A stretch of 50,015 nt of DNA, taken from positions 1 through 50,015 of the forward strand of contig WFNS01000294.1 in the NCBI GenBank assembly GCA_015488495.1, in the 5' to 3' direction. The number at the start of each line of letters is the position of its first letter. The stretch's first letter is position 1. Shown in pieces: positions 21,833-30,223 of this stretch. The DNA is from Gammaproteobacteria bacterium (lineage in GTDB: Bacteria; Pseudomonadota; Gammaproteobacteria; Thiohalospirales; Thiohalospiraceae). The position numbers were made by a program, and so were the translations under genes. The notes below the pieces were generated by a model. The model saw nothing but the letters and a program-made list of their open reading frames with translations, had not been told where the DNA came from and made no database searches.

Positions 21833-24061
21833 ATGAGCGAGAAACATGTCGATCTGGTGGGCTATCGGGAGCGGTTGGTTTGCAACGTCGAGCAGGTGGA
21901 TGACATCTTCGAGGATTGCATGGCCGAGGCGCTGGAGATGCTCTCTCCCGAAGGCATCGATCTCTATCTGGCTGGTGCGTCCGTGGTATGTGGACTGGGC
22001 AGAGGTACCGAGTTGGTACTCATCTTTTTACAGGGTATACCCACGGTAGCGAGCATCGTTGGAGAAGATATTATCCCGGAGGTGGTGGATATGACGCGGA
22101 TGTTCTCTGCTACCGCCAATGGCAAGGCCATCAACCCCTTTCTTTCCGTTTTGCCGGCGGTGGCGCGGCGGCTGGAAGAGGCTGAATTGCTGCGGGACTA
22201 TTTTCTTCTCCTGGAGAGGATGGCAAAAGAGGCCAGTGAGGGTCTGATCCCGCTGTTGCGGGGCAGCGATTCCCTATTGGGACAGATCCCATTGGGTGGG
22301 TTGAAGAACTGGATCGAGTATGGGCTGAGGGGCTATCGGTTTCAGCCCCATCGCCTCGCCGACTATTTCAGCCTGCAAACGGCAGACAGCCAGGCAGCAT
22401 TGCAGCGGGAAAGACACGGTACGCTGTATGTGGACAACGAGCGCAAGCTGGAGCTCTGCCTGCATGCTCTCTGGGAACTGGAGGAGGAGTGTCATCCCTA
22501 TTCGCTGGCCTTCGACAGGCTGCGCAAACCTACTCCATACATCGATCGCAAAGGATTCCATCTGCCGGATGTATATGACGATCTGAACGGGGTTTCCGGC
22601 ATCGACCGTTATCGCGCACTGATTGCACACTTGGCGGCACATCGTCTGTTTACCCGTCCTTATGTGGCCGATAACTTCAGCCCTTTTCAACAACTGGCGA
22701 TCGAGGTTTTCGAGGATTCACGGGTCGAGGCACTGGCAATGCAGCGTTTCCCCGGGTTGCGTCGACTGTGGATGGCGCTGCATCCGCTTCCACAGGAAGG
22801 GGAGTGTCCCGCCGACTCGTACTCCTGTATTCGTCATGAACTGGCGATGCTTTCCCGTGCCATTCTGGATCCGGAGCACCCTTACACCGCTCCAAAATTG
22901 CTGGAATACGTTGCCCGGTTCCATGAGCGGATGGCCCGGGATCCCTATGACGAGAAGCTCGCTATCGAACTGGGCGTGGGCTATCTGGCCGCCATCCATA
23001 CCCCAGATTTTCGCAAACCCAAGGTCTGGTTCAAGGATACCGAGGTCACCTATCGGGATGACAACCGCTACATGTGGCTCTTTCTCGAAGATACCGACGA
23101 CGAGGACGACTTTCATTCCGATCATGCCGCGGCCAACCCCCGTATGGTGGACGAGAATCAGGCCCACTTTTCCCGGCACCATGCGGAGTGGGACTATCAG
23201 ACCAGCAGTTATCGCCCCGACTGGGTGACGGTGTATGAATCTTTGCCACCGAATGGAAACGCGGCGGATATCGATTGGCTGTTGAAGAAAAATGAGTTGT
23301 TGGCCAAGCGGTTGAAGAGGCTGGTTGATCTCCTCAAGCCTCAGCAGCCGATGCGGGTCAGGTACCAGGAGGATGGAGACGAACTGGATCTCGATGTTGC
23401 CATTCGGGCGATGGTGGAGTATCGGGCCGGAATCACTCCTGATACCCGCATCCACATGAGTGAAAAGCATGCGGGGCGGGACATTGCGGTTACTCTCTTG
23501 CTCGATCTTTCAGCCTCCATCAATGAGATACCCGAGGGCTGTGACAAGACGGTGCGGGAGTTGAGCCAGGAGGCGGTGGCGCTGCTGGCCTGGGCCATCG
23601 ACCAGCTGGGTGATCCCTTCGCTATCGCCGGATTTGCCTCCAACACCCGTCACGAGGTTCGTTACCTGCACTTCAAGGGTTTTTCCGAGCCGTGGAACGA
23701 GATCCCCAAGGCCCGGTTGGCGGCGATGGAAGGAGGTTACTCCACCCGTATGGGTGCGGCCATCCGCCATGCCGGACACTATCTTGGCAGACGCAAGAAC
23801 GAGAAGAAGCTGCTGCTCGTCCTGACCGATGGTGAGCCGTCCGATATCGACGTCGAGGATCCGGAATATCTGTTGCACGATACCAAAAAGGCGGTGGATG
23901 AGATCTCATCCGAGGGGGTCTTTACCCACTGCATCTCCCTGGATCCAAAGGCAGATGATTATGTCAGTTCAATCTTCGGCAAGGCCGGCTATGCGGTCAT
24001 CGACCACGTGAACAAGTTGCCGGAACAACTGCCACGGCTATTCATGTCGCTCACCAAGTAG
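21833..24061 (+). CDS. CbbO/NorD-family protein with C-terminal von Willebrand factor A domain
   Basis: About 742 aa. The C-terminal VWA domain has the MIDAS motif DLSASI and LLLVLTDGEPSDID. Length and N-terminal region resemble CbbO/NorD activase adaptor proteins. ATG at 21833 is preferred over GTG at 21809. Confidence 0.8.
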   Translation: MSEKHVDLVGYRERLVCNVEQVDDIFEDCMAEALEMLSPEGIDLYLAGASVVCGLGRGTELVLIFLQGIPTVASIVGEDIIPEVVDMTRMFSATANGKAINPFLSVLPAVARRLEEAELLRDYFLLLERMAKEASEGLIPLLRGSDSLLGQIPLGGLKNWIEYGLRGYRFQPHRLADYFSLQTADSQAALQRERHGTLYVDNERKLELCLHALWELEEECHPYSLAFDRLRKPTPYIDRKGFHLPDVYDDLNGVSGIDRYRALIAHLAAHRLFTRPYVADNFSPFQQLAIEVFEDSRVEALAMQRFPGLRRLWMALHPLPQEGECPADSYSCIRHELAMLSRAILDPEHPYTAPKLLEYVARFHERMARDPYDEKLAIELGVGYLAAIHTPDFRKPKVWFKDTEVTYRDDNRYMWLFLEDTDDEDDFHSDHAAANPRMVDENQAHFSRHHAEWDYQTSSYRPDWVTVYESLPPNGNAADIDWLLKKNELLAKRLKRLVDLLKPQQPMRVRYQEDGDELDLDVAIRAMVEYRAGITPDTRIHMSEKHAGRDIAVTLLLDLSASINEIPEGCDKTVRELSQEAVALLAWAIDQLGDPFAIAGFASNTRHEVRYLHFKGFSEPWNEIPKARLAAMEGGYSTRMGAAIRHAGHYLGRRKNEKKLLLVLTDGEPSDIDVEDPEYLLHDTKKAVDEISSEGVFTHCISLDPKADDYVSSIFGKAGYAVIDHVNKLPEQLPRLFMSLTK

Positions 24062-24078
24062 GTTTGGAGCCATGTGGC

Positions 24079-25863
24079 TTATCTCCTGGCCCAGCTCCAG
24101 GAAGACCACCAGCTCCAAATGGACCACCACCTGGGACCTTCGGCACGTCGGCAGGTGACGTTGGTCGTGGCAGTGCCGAATATCGAATTCAGCCGAACCG
24201 GATTTTCGATGCCCCCGACGCAGCTGGCGACAATCTTCCGGTCGCTCCAGGATTCAATGGAGCACCTTTCTCCGTTGCTCGACAAGAGGGTTCCCGAGTC
24301 TTCTGCATCGAGATAGCTGCCAAATCCTGATCCCCAGAGAGTGAGGTGCTCCCCTTCGCATCGAATATCGTCGATGGCAACCTCCGGTTTAATCAAAAAA
24401 TGGATGCTGGTGCTGTTCAGCTCCTTGCCGGATGGATCCCCTTTCGTTATCGTCAGATTGTAGTTTCCGGCGCTCAGATTGGCCGGAATCGTGACCTCCA
24501 TGTGAGTAGATGAAACACTATCCGGATGGATGTCGATCGTGGTACCGTCGTTTCGGGTCAAGCGTAGCCAAGTGCGCTCCTGATTTCCGCTTGTATGGGA
24601 TGACGATAAGGTGTTTACAAAGCCTGAACCTATGATCTGTAGGGTACTTGCAAGACCTGCGGTGACGACCGTTCTGCTGATCTCGCTGATCTCCGGAATA
24701 AGGGTGATATTGTCGAACCGACTGTCTATACTGGCAGAGACCATCTCATCTCGTGAGTTTTTGTGGCAGCCGTCACAGTTCTTCCGGTTGCCGATATGAC
24801 CAAAGAATGGCAGCTCCTCTCCGGCCACTACTCCATCCCCGATTGCATCGTATTCGATGCTGTGCAGTGAAGTTATGCCGTGGCATCGTTCACATCCGCG
24901 GATGGTGAAATCCGGAGGGGCAGAGGGTTGATGGCAGAGGGTGCAACCATGTACCGATCCGCTCCCAGGTTGTCCCACGCCTGTGCCGTGGTGGTTGGCG
25001 TAGTTGATGTTGATGCGTTGTCCGGTAACGTCGTCGATACCGGCAAAATGGCAATAGGTGCAATTGCCCATCGGCCGCCCTGTCTCACCAATGGGCGGGT
25101 TGAAATTTTCCATGATGTATTCGATTTGGGCTTCGGCCTCTTCTTTTCTCCTGAGATCCTCCTCGGTCGGGTTTGGGGGTAGTTCGAGTTTGTAGGCGAA
25201 GGCCGCTTTCAGTGCGCCGCGTAGCTGAACGCGGCTGTCGTAGAATCCGATACCTGGCCATGGCGTGGTTAAGGAAATGTCGTAGTGATTTTCCGGGTCA
25301 TCCGGGTGATTAGCCGGGTCCGGGATGCGGTGGTCCCCATTGGGGTCGTCGATCAGGCTGCCATGACATATATGGCAGTTGGCTTGCTGTGCCCGCTCGG
25401 TCAGGTGATGCACCGTGGCGATTAGTTCGCCCTGCCGGTTTTTTTTCTGGGTATGGCAATTGAGGCAGTCCCGAAAGACAGGGTCACTCGGATCCTGAGC
25501 AAAGCGGAAGAATCCGCCGGAAGGTCTCGACGGGTCTTCCACCCAGTCAATGGCGTGACAAGTTACGCACTTGTGTTCCCCATCGGGTGACTTCTCAGGA
25601 AAGGGTGATGCAGAATATGCCCCAATCGGAGTGTCAATTCTGAGATGATGTCGATCTGGGAGGTAGCCCGATTTCAAAGGGGCCGAGGTGCTCTCCGGTG
25701 CGCCGTGACAGCCGAGGCAGGTGACGAAGGTCATCTCCGCGAACCGTGTATCGGGAATACCAAGATATTGGTTCACGGGAGGTGGTGGAACGCTGGCCCA
25801 AACGGCGCCAGCAGCTAGAGCAGCCATCACCAGTAATATATTGCGCAGTGCGTCCCCTGCCAT
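24079..25863 (-). CDS. Secreted octaheme c-type cytochrome with two IPT/TIG-like repeats and a Trp-rich C-terminal tail (paralog 1)
   Basis: 594 aa. Signal peptide ...AAGAVWA|SVPPPP. Eight CxxCH motifs (CLGCH, CVTCH, CLNCH, CHICH, CTYCH, CTLCH, CERCH, CDGCH). C-terminal repeats carry GSGF motifs. Ends GPRWWSIWSWWSSWSWARR*. Confidence 0.9.
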   Translation of the reverse strand: MAGDALRNILLVMAALAAGAVWASVPPPPVNQYLGIPDTRFAEMTFVTCLGCHGAPESTSAPLKSGYLPDRHHLRIDTPIGAYSASPFPEKSPDGEHKCVTCHAIDWVEDPSRPSGGFFRFAQDPSDPVFRDCLNCHTQKKNRQGELIATVHHLTERAQQANCHICHGSLIDDPNGDHRIPDPANHPDDPENHYDISLTTPWPGIGFYDSRVQLRGALKAAFAYKLELPPNPTEEDLRRKEEAEAQIEYIMENFNPPIGETGRPMGNCTYCHFAGIDDVTGQRININYANHHGTGVGQPGSGSVHGCTLCHQPSAPPDFTIRGCERCHGITSLHSIEYDAIGDGVVAGEELPFFGHIGNRKNCDGCHKNSRDEMVSASIDSRFDNITLIPEISEISRTVVTAGLASTLQIIGSGFVNTLSSSHTSGNQERTWLRLTRNDGTTIDIHPDSVSSTHMEVTIPANLSAGNYNLTITKGDPSGKELNSTSIHFLIKPEVAIDDIRCEGEHLTLWGSGFGSYLDAEDSGTLLSSNGERCSIESWSDRKIVASCVGGIENPVRLNSIFGTATTNVTCRRAEGPRWWSIWSWWSSWSWARR

Positions 25864-25933
25864 GGTGAAACATCCCTCCTGTCCAAGAGTTGCCAGAACG
25901 CTTGGTTGCCGTTACTCGTTTCTTGATAGTTTT

Positions 25934-25962
25934 GTATTGCCGAACTGTGGGGGATTAGTCAA
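25934..25962 (-). promoter_or_regulatory. Candidate sigma70 promoter for cytochrome paralog 1
   Basis: On the minus strand: TTGACT (25962-25957), 17-nt spacer, CAATAC (25939-25934), about 70 nt upstream of the ATG. Weak -10; read by eye only. Confidence 0.25.
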
Positions 25963-26238
25963 TTTTTTCGTTTCTTATCTGAACCCGGTTGTTAGGTGGT
26001 AATCGGGGGCAGATTCGATGCGGCTAGAGCCGTGTCGACGATGGAGCGAGCAACCCCAATCACGTATTCAAATTGCTAATAGGCACCAAGGTGAGCGTCT
26101 TGTGATGCCTCTCACCGGGTTAATGTACCTCCCAAGAAGAAGGCTCAAATTTATTATATCAGGCTGTGCTTACCCACCTTGCTATCCATTATAGCATCCA
26201 AATCCGATCCTGTGATTGTTGAGCAATTTTATTACAAG

Positions 26239-26275
26239 AAAAAAGAGAGGGGAGCCTTATAGCAAGACTCCCCTC
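26239..26275 (-). terminator. Rho-independent terminator downstream of cytochrome paralog 2
   Basis: On the minus strand, GAGGGGAG...CTCCCCTC stem (26247-26275) followed by TCTTTTTT. A second hairpin CCGGCAA/TTGCCGG lies at 26289-26312. Confidence 0.7.
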
Positions 26276-26331
26276 GTCGGCACTTTTCCGGCAAAAGATG
26301 CTGCTTGCCGGTCAGACCCGTATGGTACTAA

Positions 26332-28185
26332 CTAACGGCGTGCCCAGCTCCAGGAGGACCACCAGCTCCAGATGGACCACCATTTCGGCCGACCCGCACT
26401 GTCGGTACCCCCACAGGCGGCACTGGATGAGGCCTCTCCGAAGAGTCCATCGACGGTGACACTGCCGGTGCCGGAGCCACAGTTGGCGACGATCTGGGTG
26501 TCGGACCAGGACTCGACTGAGCAGCTGCCCTCATCGGAGGCCACGCCGAGACCACCACCACCCACAAAGGTGTCACCGAATCCGCTGCCGGTGATGGTGA
26601 CCTTGCCACCACTGCAGCTCACATCTTCAATGTTGACTCCAGGAGCCACCAGGAAGCTCATAGCAGGACTGCGTTTCGCAAACTCGCCACGCCCCCTGAC
26701 CACGTAGAGCTCATAGTTATCGGCGGGCAGGTCTGCCGGGATCACCGCCTTGGCGCTGGTGTAGTCGTATTCCGTCATCGGAATCTCATGCACCTGGCCA
26801 TCGGTCCCTACCAGCTCAAGCCGTGTGCTGGGGCCGTTGAAGCTAGAGCCAGTGATGGTGATCTCCTGTGCCTTACCTGCAACGCTACCCAAAGCGCTGA
26901 TGTCGGAGACACTGGGCGGAACGCCGCCAAGTTCGACACTGCCGTTCAGATAGCTGGCGCTGGCCTGGTAGACCTGTCCGGTTCTGTAGTTGAGGTGACA
27001 GCCCCGACAGTTGAGATCGTTGCCGATGTGGCCCATGAATGGCTTCTCTTCAAAGGGAACGATGCCGTCACCCTCTGCGTCATACTCGATGGCGTGCACG
27101 GTACTGATGGCGTGACACACTTCGCAGCCCCGAATGGTGAAGTTCGGCGGATTCTCGGGCGCGTGGCAGAGATCACACCCATGCACCGAGCCACTGCCCG
27201 GCTGGCCGACACCAGTGGAGTGGTGGTTGGACATGTTGGTGCCAATGTCGTTCTTGGCAAGTCCGGTCCCGGGCTGCACTGCGTCCCCCGGGTTCTCCCC
27301 GGCATAGTGACAGTGCTCGCAGTTACCGGTGCGGCGTCCACCTTGCTCCCCATCGGGTACCAGGATGGCCTGGATATTGCCCGCGGCATCTGTCTCATAC
27401 CGATAGCGCGGCGGGTCGATGACGAACTGCCCTCCCAGCTCATTGGGATCATAGTAGCGCTTGGCAAAATCGGGGCAGTCGGCATAGATTGCCTGCAGCA
27501 TGGAGACCCAGTTGCCTTCGTCGTAGTTGTCTCCAGGCCATGGAGTGATGAGGGAGATATCGTAGAAGTTCCGATCCCCATCCGGCATCACCTCGCCACA
27601 GTGGCGGGCCTTATCAGGATCTGGCGCAGTACCCTGATCGGGAACACGATGGTCATCAGTAGCATTGTTGACCAGGCTACCGTGACATTGATAGCACAGT
27701 TTCTTCTGCGCCTTATCAGTCAGATGGTGCACTGTGGCCGTAAGGTTACCATCGGCATCCTTCTTCTGCTTGTGGCAGTTCAGGCAGTCACGGAACTGAG
27801 GATCCGTCGGCTCCAGCGCGAACTTGAAGTATTGCCCGCCGGGACGATTGGGGTCCTCAAATACGTCGATCGCATGACAGGTGGCACATTTGTGGGTGCC
27901 ATCAGGAGATTTATCCGGGAAGGGAGAGGCGGAGTAGTCCGGATCGATCGGCGTATCGACGCGCAAATGATGCCGGTCAGGCAGATAGCCTATCTTTACT
28001 GGCGCCGGTGCATTCTTGGGATCACCGTGGCAACCCAGACAGGTTTGATATGTCATATCCGCAAAACGCCCATCCGGTATACCCAGATTCTGGTTTACCG
28101 GCGGGGGTGGTAATTTCGCCCAAGCCCCGCCGGCCATCACAATGGCCGCCGTGACCAGGGCTCCTTTCAACAGTTTCCTGAACAT
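26332..28185 (-). CDS. Secreted octaheme c-type cytochrome with two IPT/TIG-like repeats and a Trp-rich C-terminal tail (paralog 2)
   Basis: 617 aa from MFRKLLKGALVTAAIVMAGGAWA|KLPPPP (ATG at 28185; the longer ORF-track start is not supported). Eight CxxCH motifs (CLGCH, CATCH, CLNCH, CYQCH, CEHCH, CDLCH, CEVCH, CRGCH). Ends RPKWWSIWSWWSSWSWARR*. Confidence 0.9.
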   Translation of the reverse strand: MFRKLLKGALVTAAIVMAGGAWAKLPPPPVNQNLGIPDGRFADMTYQTCLGCHGDPKNAPAPVKIGYLPDRHHLRVDTPIDPDYSASPFPDKSPDGTHKCATCHAIDVFEDPNRPGGQYFKFALEPTDPQFRDCLNCHKQKKDADGNLTATVHHLTDKAQKKLCYQCHGSLVNNATDDHRVPDQGTAPDPDKARHCGEVMPDGDRNFYDISLITPWPGDNYDEGNWVSMLQAIYADCPDFAKRYYDPNELGGQFVIDPPRYRYETDAAGNIQAILVPDGEQGGRRTGNCEHCHYAGENPGDAVQPGTGLAKNDIGTNMSNHHSTGVGQPGSGSVHGCDLCHAPENPPNFTIRGCEVCHAISTVHAIEYDAEGDGIVPFEEKPFMGHIGNDLNCRGCHLNYRTGQVYQASASYLNGSVELGGVPPSVSDISALGSVAGKAQEITITGSSFNGPSTRLELVGTDGQVHEIPMTEYDYTSAKAVIPADLPADNYELYVVRGRGEFAKRSPAMSFLVAPGVNIEDVSCSGGKVTITGSGFGDTFVGGGGLGVASDEGSCSVESWSDTQIVANCGSGTGSVTVDGLFGEASSSAACGGTDSAGRPKWWSIWSWWSSWSWARR

Positions 28186-28514
28186 AGTAATACCCCTTGT
28201 TGTTGGTAAGTTGCTTCTCTTCACTTGCTGTTGTGCGCCGCGTACAGGCGACAGCGCGCATACCACTCTTGATGGTGGCTTCATCAATACCAATCCCTCA
28301 AGGCTCAACGAGCTCTCGTTATGGTTGCTCATTGCCCAGTCTCTAATCTCGCTTCGTAACAAGTAAGATAGACCATTTTTTTTCGGGTAGGAAGTTTTTT
28401 CAAATAATTTTTTTATTTCCCCAAACTCGGTGCGACCGACTCTGCGAGGGGAGGATTCAGTGCGCCAAATAATAGTCAAAAATATATCAATATGACTAAT
28501 TTTCGTTATGCTTG

Positions 28515-28904
28515 TCAGCTTTGGCGGATAAAGCGAATAATGTGTCGTCGTTCTCTTTTTGAAGGTTTGCCACCCACCGTTCGACGCGTCTCGGTCGCCA
28601 TTCGGCGTTGCCTCGCGTTTTCCTCTCTCCGCCGCAGGCTTTCTTCCGTTTCTTCGTAAAGTAGTCTCGCCTCTGTTGCCGGTCCCCGTTTTTCGGATAA
28701 GGAAATGACTTTTATCGTTTTTTTGTCGAAGCCCTGCTGGATTTGAAGCACGTCTCCAACCCGTATCGGGTGGCTGGGTTTCACTCGCTCCCCGTTACGG
28801 TGCACCTTGCCCCCTCGCACCGCCCGGTTGGCGATGGCCCGCGTCTTGAAAAACCGGGCCGCCCACAACCATTTGTCGATACGTACTTCCGAGGATGATT
28901 CCAT
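28515..28904 (-). CDS. hslR: Ribosome-associated heat shock protein Hsp15 (S4 domain)
   Basis: 129 aa, VRIDKWLWAARFFKTRAIANRAVRGGKVHRNGERVKPS... with a basic C-terminus. Confidence 0.82.
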   Translation of the reverse strand: MESSSEVRIDKWLWAARFFKTRAIANRAVRGGKVHRNGERVKPSHPIRVGDVLQIQQGFDKKTIKVISLSEKRGPATEARLLYEETEESLRRREENARQRRMATETRRTVGGKPSKRERRHIIRFIRQS

Positions 28905-28919
28905 GCAATATATACGCCG

Positions 28920-30197
28920 TCAGGCTCTGTTTACGGCGCGATAGCCGATGTCGGTGCGGTAGAAGACACCTTTCCAATGGATCTGCTCGACCGCCCGATA
29001 GGCGCGCCGTTGCGCTTCTTCCAGAGTGTCCCCCAGAGCTGTTACGCAGAGCACTCGGCCCCCATTGGTGACAATCTGTCCATCCATTTCTCTGGTACCG
29101 GCATGGAATACCTTGAGGTCGGACTGGTCGCACGGCAGTCCCGAGATGACGTCCCCTTTTCGGTACTGGCCGGGATAGCCGCCTGCCGCCATCACTACAC
29201 CGAGTGCGGCCCGTGGGTCCCACTGGGCGGATCCCTGATGCAGCCGACCATCCAGCGCCAGGTTGCACAGGGCAACCAGATCCGAGCGCAGGCGCATCAT
29301 GATGGGCTGGGTCTCTGGATCGCCGAAGCGGCAGTTGAACTCGAGCACCTTGGGGGTTCCGTCTGGGGAAATCATCAGGCCGGCGTAGAGAAAACCGGTG
29401 TAAGGGGTTCCCTCTTCCGCCAATCCGCGGATGGTGGGGCGGACGATTTGGGCCATGATCCGTTCGTGCAGTTCGGGGGTGACCACGGGGGCGGGGGAGT
29501 AGGCGCCCATTCCTCCCGTGTTCGGTCCCCGGTCTCCGTCGTCGCGGGGTTTGTGATCCTGGGATGTGGCCAGCGGCAGGATATGTTGGCCGTCGGCCAT
29601 GACGATGAAGCTGGCTTCCTCTCCCTCGAGGAATTCTTCGACGACCACCCGATGGCCGGCGTCGCCGAAGGCGTTTTCCGCCAGCATGCTGTGGACGGCA
29701 TCGATGGCCTCTTGCTCTGTTTGCGCGACAATCACCCCCTTGCCGGCGGCCAGGCCATCTGCCTTGACCACGATGGGGGCACCGTGTGCGCGGATGTAGT
29801 CGGCGGCCTCGGCGGGATCGGTGAAACTGGCGTAACCCGCCGTGGGAATACTATGGCGAGTGAGAAACTCCTTGGTGAACTGTTTGGAGCCCTCGAGCCG
29901 GGCCGCTTCCTTTCCGGGACCGAAACAGCGTAGGCCGGCGGCGGCGAAGCTGTCCACCACGCCCATCACCAGTGGTGCCTCCGGCCCAACGATGGTGAGG
30001 GCGATATCGTTGGTTTTCGCGAACTCCACCAGTTTGTCGATGTCGGTGGCGCCGATATCGACGTTTTCCACCTTGGGCTCCCGCGCCGTACCTGCGTTGC
30101 CGGGTGCTACGAAGACCTGAGTAACCTGGCTGGATTGAGCCGCTTTCCAGGCCAGCGCATGTTCCCGTCCGCCGGAGCCGATGATCAATATCTTCAT
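28920..30197 (-). CDS. purD: Phosphoribosylamine-glycine ligase
   Basis: MKILIIGSGGREHALAWK... ATP-grasp GARS. Start placed at the conserved MKILIIG (30197). Confidence 0.95.
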   Translation of the reverse strand: MKILIIGSGGREHALAWKAAQSSQVTQVFVAPGNAGTAREPKVENVDIGATDIDKLVEFAKTNDIALTIVGPEAPLVMGVVDSFAAAGLRCFGPGKEAARLEGSKQFTKEFLTRHSIPTAGYASFTDPAEAADYIRAHGAPIVVKADGLAAGKGVIVAQTEQEAIDAVHSMLAENAFGDAGHRVVVEEFLEGEEASFIVMADGQHILPLATSQDHKPRDDGDRGPNTGGMGAYSPAPVVTPELHERIMAQIVRPTIRGLAEEGTPYTGFLYAGLMISPDGTPKVLEFNCRFGDPETQPIMMRLRSDLVALCNLALDGRLHQGSAQWDPRAALGVVMAAGGYPGQYRKGDVISGLPCDQSDLKVFHAGTREMDGQIVTNGGRVLCVTALGDTLEEAQRRAYRAVEQIHWKGVFYRTDIGYRAVNRA

Positions 30198-30223
30198 GGT
30201 TGACCCTGACCTGCTGATTTCAC

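Noticed and set aside
24064-24330. Plus-strand ORFs (88 and 80 aa) with a Pro/Gly-rich start (PGPAPGRPPAPNGPPPG) overlapping the 3' end of cytochrome paralog 1.
   Set aside because: This is the reverse-complement shadow of the TGG-rich Trp tail (CCA repeats read as Pro). The same effect occurs at 26372-26707. There is no independent coding evidence.
25875-25900. Possible sigma54 promoter (minus strand CTGGCAACTCTTGGAC) upstream of cytochrome paralog 1.
   Set aside because: There is a GG at the -24 position but no GC dinucleotide at the correct -12 spacing, so it does not fit TGGCAC-N5-TTGC.
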